64,000 nucleotides of DNA. It comes from an uncultured virus (IMG/VR IMGVR_UViG_3300025736_000009) (taxonomy: Duplodnaviria; Heunggongvirae; Uroviricota; Caudoviricetes). Shown piece after piece: positions 18,689 to 27,279 of the stretch. How positions within the stretch are numbered: position 1 is the first letter of the stretch; the number at the start of each line of letters is the position of its first letter. The notes beneath the pieces are model-generated. The model worked only from the letters and a program-made list of their open reading frames with translations. It was not told the origin of the DNA and did no database searches. The stretch is taken from IMG/VR virus record IMGVR_UViG_3300025736_000009; one strand, 5' to 3'. Made by a program: the position numbers and the translations under genes.

Positions 18689-18963
18689 GATAGTTGTTCT
18701 CCATTATTCTAGACCGGGAATAGTTACAGACTTACAAATTATCAATCAATCAATCAATTAAGTATCCGCACTTCGCGTACAAATACAGACACGTACTTAC
18801 ACACTAGTACAATAGCATCCCATAAGAAGATTTATTTAAATCTTCTCCATATACAACAGTACCAATAGAAACTAGAATACAAACGTAACCAAAGAACTTT
18901 GTTCTTTGTGTAAAAGGTAACTTCGTTACCTGTTCTCTATAGATAAATCGCCTCCTTCTTTTA

Positions 18964-19224
18964 CTACCAGCCACGAAGTATTGTTATATCTCTTTCAGGA
19001 ACAACAATTGTTCTATCAGCATCCACCTGCCAGATAACAACAATAACCAAAAGAACTACACCTACTATGACAGCAAGACACCCACAACATTTCTTTACTG
19101 TCTTTATGTTTTTGGCGAATTCCTTATCAAAGTCTTCTATAAGCTTGTCATCTATACGTTTCTTACATATAGAACAGTATTTAGCCTCATCTTTGGTTAG
19201 AATCCCACAGTCTTTGCAATACAT
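18964..19224 (-). CDS. Zn-ribbon plus TM protein
   Basis: MYCKDCG...YCSIC and hydrophobic C-terminal helix. Confidence 0.7.
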   Translation of the reverse strand: MYCKDCGILTKDEAKYCSICKKRIDDKLIEDFDKEFAKNIKTVKKCCGCLAVIVGVVLLVIVVIWQVDADRTIVVPERDITILRGW

Positions 19225-19319
19225 CAGTAACGACGTATCCTTTCGTTGTAGACCGAGAAGAGTATAGAGTTTAAGTCTAATTGAAGTAGACCTATGTAGA
19301 AAGATGACAACAGCTACTA

Positions 19320-19757
19320 CTATCTCTTATCAGCAAATAAGAAAGTTCTCTTATCAGAGGAATACTTTCTCATACCTCGGCGTCGGTCATAGCCCTTAAC
19401 AGGCTTACCATCCTTGAAGATGGTTATAGTAAAGACTGTATCCCTGAATGTTGCTCCAGGATTATTAGACTTTCGAATGTCATTCTGTTGTGCTGAAATA
19501 ACAACCATCTTATCAGCAGTTGTTCCCTTAAACACGTTGGAATAGAATACCTGAGCATGCAGGCTTCTATCTGATGTGTAGTCTATTGTTACCTTGGGCA
19601 AGAAGTTCTTACCATTTGTAACTTTGGGAATAGTAACTGTTCGACTAACAGGGATGTCACCTTGAACTGCCTGATGAATGCCTTCACAAAGAGTATTCAT
19701 CCAATTGCCAGATTCAAGTTCCTCGTAATTGCTGTTATTAGCGTTTACTGTATGCAT
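19320..19757 (-). CDS. Early-type hypothetical protein
   Basis: AAAGGA RBS and leader motif. Confidence 0.7.
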   Translation of the reverse strand: MHTVNANNSNYEELESGNWMNTLCEGIHQAVQGDIPVSRTVTIPKVTNGKNFLPKVTIDYTSDRSLHAQVFYSNVFKGTTADKMVVISAQQNDIRKSNNPGATFRDTVFTITIFKDGKPVKGYDRRRGMRKYSSDKRTFLFADKR

Positions 19758-19860
19758 GATTTGTTCTATCCTTTCGCAAGATAGGAAAACGAGAAAGAAA
19801 AGAGTTTAATCCTATAAAGATATAGAACTTCGTGAATAGTTAAAAGAGACCATCTTCTTC

Positions 19861-19959
19861 TTATGCGCGTCTAGAAGTAGCATATGTCACTACCTCAGCA
19901 AGTCGAATCAGCCACTTAACAAGTGGAGACAAGTAAAGTTCTTCTGTCTTGATATACAT
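19861..19959 (-). CDS. 32-aa small ORF (not in track)
   Basis: MYIKTEELYLSPLVKWLIRLAEVVTYATSRRA; AAAGGA RBS and full leader motif. Confidence 0.6.
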   Translation of the reverse strand: MYIKTEELYLSPLVKWLIRLAEVVTYATSRRA

Positions 19960-20037
19960 TTGTTTTCCTTTCTAAGAACGAAAGGTAAAGAGTTTAATCA
20001 CTAAATATAGTGACTTCGAAAAAACACACACGCATGT

Positions 20038-20217
20038 CTATGCTAACTCATGATAGCATTTCATGCTACAAACCTTACCCTCAACAAGAACCTGTTGGTT
20101 CTCAGTAAGAGCCTCCATGCCATAATAATCAGCACGCTCAGTCAGTAGAATAAAAGCACTTCTAGCATCAGAAGTCTCTATATCTACTTTCTTACCACAT
20201 ACAACACAGATACCCAT
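20038..20217 (-). CDS. 59-aa Zn-binding small protein (not in track)
   Basis: MGICVVCGKK...VCSMKCY; AGGAGG RBS. Confidence 0.65.
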   Translation of the reverse strand: MGICVVCGKKVDIETSDARSAFILLTERADYYGMEALTENQQVLVEGKVCSMKCYHELA

Positions 20218-20329
20218 AAGAATACTGTCCTCCTAAATCTCAATCTCAGTGTAGTTCTGTTGTTTCATGTTATTTCCTTCTGAGCAGGCTTTACCGTCGT
20301 ACTCAGGACCAATTACTATTAGTAGTTAC

Positions 20330-20536
20330 CTAAATACTTACTTTATCCTTTCTACTGTTTCTTGATAGTATGCTTTCTTCTAGACCACGAAGGTAAGAAG
20401 CAGAGAATTTCCTTTTCAGGCTCAGGTTTTCTTTGTTGTTGTAGTCACAATTTGAATAGTGACTACCAAAGTCGAGATCTGCCCCACACATAAGACAGAG
20501 ATGATGCCTATCTTTACGAGCATAACTACTATACAT
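20330..20536 (-). CDS. Small Zn-binding protein
   Basis: CLMCG...HYSNC; leader motif. Confidence 0.6.
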   Translation of the reverse strand: MYSSYARKDRHHLCLMCGADLDFGSHYSNCDYNNKENLSLKRKFSASYLRGLEESILSRNSRKDKVSI

Positions 20537-20639
20537 TACAATACATTCTCACTTTCATATACAGACCGAGAAAAGAAAAGAGTCGTTTAAGTCTATAAAG
20601 ATAGACCTATGAAGTCACAACAATACAAGAGTAATACCT

Positions 20640-21224
20640 CTATTTAGATTGATCGACCTTAATAACCTTGAGCCGCAGCTTCAGCAACCCCTTAGCAGCA
20701 ACCAGAGCCTTGTTAGCTATAGGCTTAGATGCCCCATAACCGGCCATAGCAGCCCCAACAGCGGCCTTGCTGCCTATAAGCGTAGCATCCTTGCTTCCTG
20801 CCCTTATTCTCTTACAAACAGGGATAGAAACGCCTATTGCTTTCTTAGTAGATGTTACAGTAGTATTACAAAATGCTTTAGCAGCATCATAGATACCCTT
20901 GGCTTTAATTGCCTTAGCCAAAGCAACAGCAGATACCACAGGATTGCTCTCCATATTTGCTTTGACCGCCTGAACATCAAACAGCCCAGTTGTGATTTCA
21001 GATCTCTTAACAGCAAGAGCCTTAGTAATCTCAGAGAAAGGAACACCAATATATTCCTCAGAACCATGAGAACATTTAGTCTTGTTCCCTTTGAACTGAC
21101 AAGGAGAGAGGTATATGGTTTCTAATTCCATGTTCACACACTCCAGTATCTTAGACTTACAGCCACCATCACATGTTTCCTTTGTGCTGTTTCCGGTTAC
21201 AAATACATTAGTTTGTCTTAGCAT
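20640..21224 (-). CDS. Early-type Ala/Lys-rich hypothetical protein
   Basis: 194-aa ORF with RBS and leader motif. Confidence 0.7.
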   Translation of the reverse strand: MLRQTNVFVTGNSTKETCDGGCKSKILECVNMELETIYLSPCQFKGNKTKCSHGSEEYIGVPFSEITKALAVKRSEITTGLFDVQAVKANMESNPVVSAVALAKAIKAKGIYDAAKAFCNTTVTSTKKAIGVSIPVCKRIRAGSKDATLIGSKAAVGAAMAGYGASKPIANKALVAAKGLLKLRLKVIKVDQSK

Positions 21225-21301
21225 GATCTACATTCTATCCTTTCGAGATAGGAAAACGAGAAGAGTAGAGTTTAATTCTATACAAGTATAGAACTTCGTA
21301 G

Positions 21302-21553
21302 TTAATACCCACGTTTTTCCTTAAGAGCTTTTTTCTCAGCTATTCTTTTCTCCTTTAACTCTCTTCGAGCGCACTCGCCAACTCGTCTTTGTTCATACAT
21401 CACATCTACTATTGATCTCATTGGAGCAGCAGTTGCTGTTGTCTCTGCTGCAAAGTTTGCTCTATTTTGAGAACATTTCTGTTCGGGTTTGCCTTCGTGT
21501 ATAAGTATTATTACACACACTGCTATTATTATTATCAAAACCAACGCTTTCAT
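21302..21553 (-). CDS. Membrane-anchored small protein
   Basis: N-terminal hydrophobic helix; GGAGG RBS and leader motif. Confidence 0.7.
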   Translation of the reverse strand: MKALVLIIIIAVCVIILIHEGKPEQKCSQNRANFAAETTATAAPMRSIVDVMYEQRRVGECARRELKEKRIAEKKALKEKRGY

Positions 21554-21630
21554 ATTGTCCTCCAGTTTCTAGACCGAGAAGTAAAAAGTTTAATCCCCAT
21601 ATACAGAAACTTCGTTAATCAATAGTAGCA

Positions 21631-21852
21631 CTAGAGTTTGCCAATCAAACTATCTAGTATGGTTTTCTCACTAGGAGCAGCCTCTAGAAGAGCAGAAGCA
21701 AGTGTTTCTCTTGCCTGTGATCCAAAGAGACTCTTAATCCCTTTTACAGGATTAATTCCTTGAAGAACAGCAGCAGATACAATAGCTGCCAAATTAGATG
21801 CTGGGATATAGCCTCCAACTGCGTTACCAGAAAACCGAATGCAGGCACTCAT
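21631..21852 (-). CDS. Early-type hypothetical protein
   Basis: Start moved to MSACIRF (GGAGG RBS); the longer track ORF runs through the leader motif. Confidence 0.65.
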   Translation of the reverse strand: MSACIRFSGNAVGGYIPASNLAAIVSAAVLQGINPVKGIKSLFGSQARETLASALLEAAPSEKTILDSLIGKL

Positions 21853-21938
21853 AATCCATTTATCCTCCAATCTAGACCGAGAAGAAGAAAAACGTTTAAC
21901 TCTATAAACATAGAGCTTCGCATAGTAGATGCTACACA

Positions 21939-22190
21939 TCAGTAACTGAGATAATTGTTCTCTTCAATTACTAGATTAGTAGCAGCTGTTCGTCTAGCAA
22001 GGTCATCCCCAGCATCCAGCAAAGGACTAGCAGCTTGTTCTGCTACAACATTGATAGCTACTATCAGTCCCCAGAAGAGAACTACTGCTAGCCCTACTCG
22101 CCCCCATCTAGGTCTAGGAGGAAGAAACATTCTCAGCACTGTAAGTGTGAGAACAGAAGCGAGACCTATTACTACCATCCATCCAAACAT
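21939..22190 (-). CDS. Two-TM membrane protein
   Basis: Two hydrophobic helices; AAGGAG RBS. Confidence 0.7.
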   Translation of the reverse strand: MFGWMVVIGLASVLTLTVLRMFLPPRPRWGRVGLAVVLFWGLIVAINVVAEQAASPLLDAGDDLARRTAATNLVIEENNYLSY

Positions 22191-22235
22191 TTGATATCTC
22201 CTTATTCATACAGACCGAGAAGAGTTAGATACTAG

Positions 22236-22466
22236 TTAGTTGTTGCTTGCCCTCCAGTAGTTGCAGACACATCTTACTACCATGTCTACAGACCAAGACT
22301 TCTTTGTTGACCATCTACGAAACACGAGGAAGAACGTGCTTCCCCATAGAGCGCTTAGAATAAGCCACTCATTAGCATTAACAGGTAATCTCGATATGCC
22401 ACCACATACAGCAGCAATCGTCAACCCTATGAACAGCCCTACATTCAGCTTATTATACTTAAACAT
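22236..22466 (-). CDS. Two-TM membrane protein
   Basis: Two hydrophobic helices; AAGGAG RBS and leader motif. Confidence 0.65.
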   Translation of the reverse strand: MFKYNKLNVGLFIGLTIAAVCGGISRLPVNANEWLILSALWGSTFFLVFRRWSTKKSWSVDMVVRCVCNYWRASNN

Positions 22467-22545
22467 TCAAGTTACTCCTTATTTCTAGACCGAGAGATAG
22501 TGAGTTTAATCCCCATGTGTATAGAGACTATGTTATCCCCTATTG

Positions 22546-22989
22546 CTATACCTTATACACACCACCTTCCTTAATAAGACCAGCCGCTATCCTATTTGCT
22601 GTTGCTTCTAATGGGAGATTCTCTAATTCTCTTTGACCAGCAGCCACATCATCTCCACATCTTTCCACAATACCGCTATAGAGGCAATGCATCTCTACCA
22701 TATCCTTATGCAGTGCATCATATCCTCGTATGTTAAAGTCTATTGCATGTCCTATCTCATGATATAGAATTTCCTTCAACGTCTTAGTTACTCCATTACT
22801 CTTCAGGAAAGATAACACACTTGACACATTACCAGGTAGCTCTATAGATGGAGTCGTGTCCTTAGTAGAAACGTGAAACACAAAGTAACTACCAGTTGTT
22901 AGCTCGACATGTGAAAGACCATTGAGATCTAAGATCTTTCTGGCCTCACGTCTTAGCCTATTTACTTGGATTGCATTTTTAATACTCAT
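22546..22989 (-). CDS. HExxH zinc metallopeptidase-like protein
   Basis: ILYHEIGHA and downstream E..AN (LPLEATAN); start MSIKN after AAGGAG. Confidence 0.75.
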   Translation of the reverse strand: MSIKNAIQVNRLRREARKILDLNGLSHVELTTGSYFVFHVSTKDTTPSIELPGNVSSVLSFLKSNGVTKTLKEILYHEIGHAIDFNIRGYDALHKDMVEMHCLYSGIVERCGDDVAAGQRELENLPLEATANRIAAGLIKEGGVYKV

Positions 22990-23079
22990 TATCATATACT
23001 CCTTTGTTTTATTTGTCTGAGAGAGGGGTGGGGCTCTAAAGATACATACCCCCCTATCTCTCAAACTATATACCAGGAG

Positions 23080-23272
23080 ACTCTATGAAAAAAAAATTAC
23101 AAAAAAATTAGTTAGCTATAAGGTCGAGAGGATTTAGAAGATATAGTGGAGAGAGCCTGATTTTACTCTCTTGTGAAGAAAGTATATTCATACTCTCTTG
23201 TGGAGAGAGCCTGATTTTACCAAATCTTCTTGTTGATCAGATACTCTATAAAAAAATTACAAAAAAACTAGT
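23080..23272. repeat. Direct repeats in the divergent intergenic region
   Basis: ACTCTAT-(A)n-TTACAAAAAAA-TAGT at about 23080 and 23243; TGGAGAGAGCCTGATTTTAC at 23147 and 23201. Confidence 0.8.
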
Positions 23273-23290
23273 AAAAGCCGCATAATACAC

Positions 23291-23355
23291 TTGTATTTTT
23301 TCGTAAAATGTTCTATAATATATATATGATAAGAGGAAATCTTTAAAGATTTCCT
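23291..23355 (+). promoter_or_regulatory. Sigma70-type promoter with downstream 22-bp perfect palindrome (putative operator)
   Basis: TTGTAT-N17-TATAAT (23291-23319); AGGAAATCTTTAAAGATTTCCT at 23334-23355. Confidence 0.7.
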
Positions 23356-23442
23356 TTGAATAAACTACTTTGTATTTTATGAGACGACGACGACGATGAT
23401 GATAGAAGTATATAAAAAAGTTTTGGGAAGGAAAGTATATAT

Positions 23443-24051
23443 ATGCAGGACCAAATAAATATTAGCGATTACGCAATTCCACCAGCAGAAATAGACGCGA
23501 GTAATGCTCGCAAAGAAAGCTATGAAGAACACGTATCTAAAGGAACAGTTCTTCGTGAGCTTCAAGACAACAGCCAATGGGCAATGGGGGATCTGGCTTA
23601 TAAAGTGTCTAAGGATTTAGGTAATGAACCAAATAATGCCGTTGATAAACGAACTCCTCTTGATCAATTAGCGCTTGATATAGGAGAACGCCCTGGAACA
23701 CTGAGGCAATATAAATGGGTATCTACTAAGTTTCCAGATAGAGGATCACGAAAGACTAATTTATCATGGAGTCACTATAGATACGCAGCAGGAACAGATG
23801 AACCCCTTGTATGGATAGACAAAGCAGTTAACGATAACTTAACATCTACACAACTTAAAGAACTAATACTACAACACCAAGATAGGCTTAGTGAAGTCTA
23901 TAAAACACCATGCTCGTTTTGTAGTGACCCGTTGCCAGAAGACGGAGCACTGCATGTTAGACGAGCGCATAAGAAAACATCCTTTTGTTCAATAGGGTGT
24001 TTACTTGGATTTTGGTTAGCAACTCAAAAAGAAGAAAGCAACAAAGTATAG
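23443..24051 (+). CDS. LmbU-like transcriptional regulator with C-terminal Zn-binding motif
   Basis: SQWAMGDL...TLRQYKWVSTKFP...LSWSHY...WIDKA matches the LmbU pattern; CSFC...FCSIGC tail. Confidence 0.7.
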   Translation: MQDQINISDYAIPPAEIDASNARKESYEEHVSKGTVLRELQDNSQWAMGDLAYKVSKDLGNEPNNAVDKRTPLDQLALDIGERPGTLRQYKWVSTKFPDRGSRKTNLSWSHYRYAAGTDEPLVWIDKAVNDNLTSTQLKELILQHQDRLSEVYKTPCSFCSDPLPEDGALHVRRAHKKTSFCSIGCLLGFWLATQKEESNKV

Positions 24052-24104
24052 AAGGAGCGATGAGAAGATTTGGTAAAATCTTCTTATTGTAATAGTAAAA
24101 ACTA

Positions 24105-24572
24105 ATGACAGATAACAATAATAACTCTACCGATGATGACAGTGCCGACTTTGAGGGCTTCAACCCAGATGATATACCAGACAGCAACAGCGGCGAACAA
24201 CAACAAAGATCTAACAATACAAGCTTCACACACCAAGCATCTATAGATGCTACGTCCAGTCTCTTAAATTTATTTGGTGCTGGTGTTATGTCTATGGAAA
24301 ATAGATTAGCTTTTCAAAGAGCAATACAGCTTAACCTTAACTGTGAAGTATGTATGAGTCCAAATGAGCAATGCCCATTTACACACATACACCTAGTAGA
24401 TGCTGTTTATGATCGAATAACAGATTTAGCAGCTACAATAATCCTTCAAACAGAAACACGAGATAGTACACGAGAAATTAGGTGTGAAACACGCAATACA
24501 ATAGATAAAGCAATAAATGATTTATTAGATGAATTAGTAAATTTAAAAGCTGTGCTTGAGGCACTAAGATAA
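24105..24572 (+). CDS. Hypothetical protein
   Basis: Acidic N-terminus; CEVC..C..H. Confidence 0.65.
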   Translation: MTDNNNNSTDDDSADFEGFNPDDIPDSNSGEQQQRSNNTSFTHQASIDATSSLLNLFGAGVMSMENRLAFQRAIQLNLNCEVCMSPNEQCPFTHIHLVDAVYDRITDLAATIILQTETRDSTREIRCETRNTIDKAINDLLDELVNLKAVLEALR

Positions 24573-24576
24573 ATAA

Positions 24577-25170
24577 ATGAAGAAAAAAGCATTACATAAT
24601 ATGAGAAGATTTGGTAAAATCTTCTTAATGTTTACTAGATTACAAATGCATGCTAAGTATTTAGTATATCTTACAAGACACAAAGTATATGTATACATTG
24701 AGTGCCGTGCGCTTGGAGTATCGTGTATAAGAGGACTACAGCATGACCTTAGTAAATATACACCACGTGAATGGTTTCCTTATGTTGAAATATTATATAA
24801 TAAAAAGAATGGAAAGTTACAATATAGAGATGAAAAAGATACAAGACCAATAAGTTTTGATTGTAAAACACAAGATGAATTTGATATGGCATTTTTATTT
24901 CATCAGAACGCAAATGCACATCACTGGCAGTATTGGTGTTTTATAGACTCACAAGGTAAGATTTCTCCAAAGCAAATGCCTACCAATATATATAAAGAAA
25001 TGGTAGCAGATTGGGTAGGAGCAGGACGCGCGCAAGGAAAAGGGCTAGATGTACATGACTGGTATGAATCAAATAAACACAGCATAATACTACACCCAAA
25101 AACAAGACTATGCGTAGAAAGAATATTACAACAACACTATGCACCATCCAACAACAGCAGTAAGGGCTAG
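24577..25170 (+). CDS. DUF5662-like HD-domain protein
   Basis: HK...HDLSKY...H...NAHHWQYW...MP...EMVADW; true start may be 24628. Confidence 0.8.
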   Translation: MKKKALHNMRRFGKIFLMFTRLQMHAKYLVYLTRHKVYVYIECRALGVSCIRGLQHDLSKYTPREWFPYVEILYNKKNGKLQYRDEKDTRPISFDCKTQDEFDMAFLFHQNANAHHWQYWCFIDSQGKISPKQMPTNIYKEMVADWVGAGRAQGKGLDVHDWYESNKHSIILHPKTRLCVERILQQHYAPSNNSSKG

Positions 25171-25181
25171 ATGTACATGAA

Positions 25182-25571
25182 ATGAAAAAAAATAAACAAC
25201 AAGAACACTATTCCGATTGTTTAGAGTTTAAAATAGATCAAAATACAATTATAACTCTAGACTATGGTGATTATCTAAAAGTAAAAAACCACACATGGAG
25301 AGTAACACCTTATGACGGTATACTTACTACTTTTAAAGAAGGATACTATAATAAGTATGTTTGTATAGAAAAACATATATTAGATATTTACGAAGAGGGT
25401 GAAGTAGTAACATATAAGGATGGCAATCCAAATAACTTAAGACGTAATAATTTAATATATGGTAAGGTATGTAAGAAATGTGGAAACCGTAAGTGTAAAT
25501 CAGAGTTTCATAAAGCATCAGATAAATCCGATGGACTAAGAAGTTATTGTAAAGAGTGTAGAAAACTATGA
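25182..25571 (+). CDS. Degenerate HNH endonuclease-like protein with Zn finger
   Basis: VTYKDGNPNNLRRNNL (catalytic His replaced); CKKC...GLRSYCKEC. Confidence 0.65.
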   Translation: MKKNKQQEHYSDCLEFKIDQNTIITLDYGDYLKVKNHTWRVTPYDGILTTFKEGYYNKYVCIEKHILDIYEEGEVVTYKDGNPNNLRRNNLIYGKVCKKCGNRKCKSEFHKASDKSDGLRSYCKECRKL

Positions 25572-26131
25572 TGAAAAAAATTATATCTCCTATTACAGAA
25601 AAACCAAAAAACTGGGATATCTATAGAGATGGAGAGTGTGTAAGAAAGTATATAAAAGAGTATAACTGCCTACCATATAAGATTAAAACAATGGTAGATA
25701 CATTTATACACATACAAACAGGAGATAAAATGTTTGTTCCTGAGTTTCCTGGATATGAGTGTCTTGCAAATTATCACCCAAGAGGATGGGATAAAGATGA
25801 TACATGGTGGGATGTGCCTGGATGCTATGGAGTGCACGGTATTGTATTAGGTGACGACGATGCACATGGATCACTATCAATGACACTACATGAAGTAGGG
25901 CATGCAGTAGATGTACTTAAAGAAAGACCATCTAATAAAGAATCTTTTCTTATTGCATATGCGTTAGACTATGATAGTTTAGATAGTTACGAACAACAGC
26001 CAGGAGTTGGTGGACCATCAGAAACGTTTGCAGACGTGTTTTCTTGGTTGTTCTATAGTAACAAATCTAAAAACCAACTACAGCTTACAAAACCATATCT
26101 ATATACTTGGTTTATGGAATGGATAAGCTAA
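25568..26131 (+). CDS. ATLF/Pro-Pro endopeptidase-like zinc metalloprotease
   Basis: PRGWDKDDTWWDVPG, HGSLSMTLHEVGHAVD, SETFADVF. Confidence 0.8.
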   Translation: MMKKIISPITEKPKNWDIYRDGECVRKYIKEYNCLPYKIKTMVDTFIHIQTGDKMFVPEFPGYECLANYHPRGWDKDDTWWDVPGCYGVHGIVLGDDDAHGSLSMTLHEVGHAVDVLKERPSNKESFLIAYALDYDSLDSYEQQPGVGGPSETFADVFSWLFYSNKSKNQLQLTKPYLYTWFMEWIS

Positions 26132-26392
26132 TAATAGAAACTAAAGTATGCTGGGCCAAGATTCACGCTCAAATAGCTAAATAAGTTTTTATTTTTATGA
26201 CTTTTGGCGGATAAGGGGTCAATTTTGTTCCTCTATATAAGTGTATACACATTTTTCTAATGGGTAATGTATGTGAAAACATTTAATCCTTTTAGATGAG
26301 AAGATTTGGTAAAATCTTCTTGATGTATACAACAACATACACTTAATTAATTCATAAAGTAATTATATAATTAGACGACAACAACATATTAT

Positions 26393-27127
26393 ATGGCTAA
26401 AAACAAACAACCTATTATATTGGTAGATTTTTCTAAAACTCCAGATGAAAACATAAATTCTATTTATCCACTATCTGATGCTATAATGGCACATTCTCTT
26501 AATGATAGTTGGACACCAGAAGATGTGCGTCGAGTTAATAGCCAGCATGGGCTCTATAGAGATATACCTTGGATGTGTGCTGGAGAAGCCTGTCCAGCAA
26601 GCGCATATTGTCCTATTATAGAAGAAGGGTTTATAGACAATTACATTGGTAAAAACTGTCCGGTTGAAATAGTAGAAGCATTTAAGTTATTTGCTGGATA
26701 TGTATTAGACCTTAGTATACTACCTACTGACTTTACAGACATACAAACAATAGTAGACCTTGTTAGGCTTCACATACTCATAAGGCGCTGTGACCTCTAT
26801 CAGAAAAATAAACCTATATATGATTATAAAAGCGGAGCAGTTGTACAAAAAACAGGTGTAGTAAAAAGAGATAAAATACCTAATCTTGGATTTGAAATGA
26901 CAACAAAACTAAGAAATGATTTATCTAAAAAATATGACTCACTAATTGCTACACGAAAAGAAAAATTAAGAGCAGAAACTTCTCTTGGAAAAGGTAAGAG
27001 TGATTTAGCACAAATCTTCTCTTCACTTACATCTGCTGGAGCCAAAGCACAAGAACTAAAAGAATTACAAGAAAAAAACGACGATAGTATAGAAGACGCA
27101 GAATACAAAGAGGAGGATAACACATAG
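26393..27127 (+). CDS. Hypothetical protein, possibly terminase small subunit
   Basis: Cys cluster then helical region and acidic tail; first gene of packaging module; function from position only. Confidence 0.55.
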   Translation: MAKNKQPIILVDFSKTPDENINSIYPLSDAIMAHSLNDSWTPEDVRRVNSQHGLYRDIPWMCAGEACPASAYCPIIEEGFIDNYIGKNCPVEIVEAFKLFAGYVLDLSILPTDFTDIQTIVDLVRLHILIRRCDLYQKNKPIYDYKSGAVVQKTGVVKRDKIPNLGFEMTTKLRNDLSKKYDSLIATRKEKLRAETSLGKGKSDLAQIFSSLTSAGAKAQELKELQEKNDDSIEDAEYKEEDNT

Positions 27128-27133
27128 GATACA

Positions 27134-27274
27134 ATGGCAAGTAAACAAACAACAAAAACATCACTACCTAAGAGTTCGATTAAATCACCTAAACTTGTAA
27201 AGGGCTTTCCCACACCGTTACCACAAGGAATGGTTCCTGCTAAAGGTGGAATACCTAAGCAAGGAGATAGATAA
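27134..27274 (+). CDS. 46-aa basic Pro/Lys-rich ORF (not in track)
   Basis: MASKQTTKTSLPKSSIKSPK...; AGGA RBS; fills the gap between neighbours. Confidence 0.5.
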   Translation: MASKQTTKTSLPKSSIKSPKLVKGFPTPLPQGMVPAKGGIPKQGDR

Positions 27275-27279
27275 AACAT

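Larger units (their letters stand above)
18316..22532 (-). promoter_or_regulatory. Repeated leader element upstream of early genes: C(G/A)(A/T)AG-hairpin-TTAAAC-N8-13-T(C/T)TCG(G/T)T(C/T)T-RBS
   Basis: Plus-strand core AGACCGAGA or variants at 18316, 18711, 19250, 19786, 19975, 20563, 21253, 21571, 21874, 22212, 22487 (also 14337), each 15-29 nt 5' of a start codon. Confidence 0.9.
16326..26325. repeat. Dispersed 26-30 bp palindrome ATGAGAAGATTTGGTAAAATCTTCTT (9 copies)
   Basis: Exact copies at 17647 (reverse), 24060, 24601, 26296; variants at 16326, 17867, 18253, 18824 and a partial at 23213. Confidence 0.9.

Noticed and set aside
18316..22532. Leader repeats as a CRISPR array or integron attC sites
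   Set aside because: Units are degenerate and separated by whole genes with RBSs; no cas genes, integron integrase or attC RYYYAAC/GTTRRRY boxes seen
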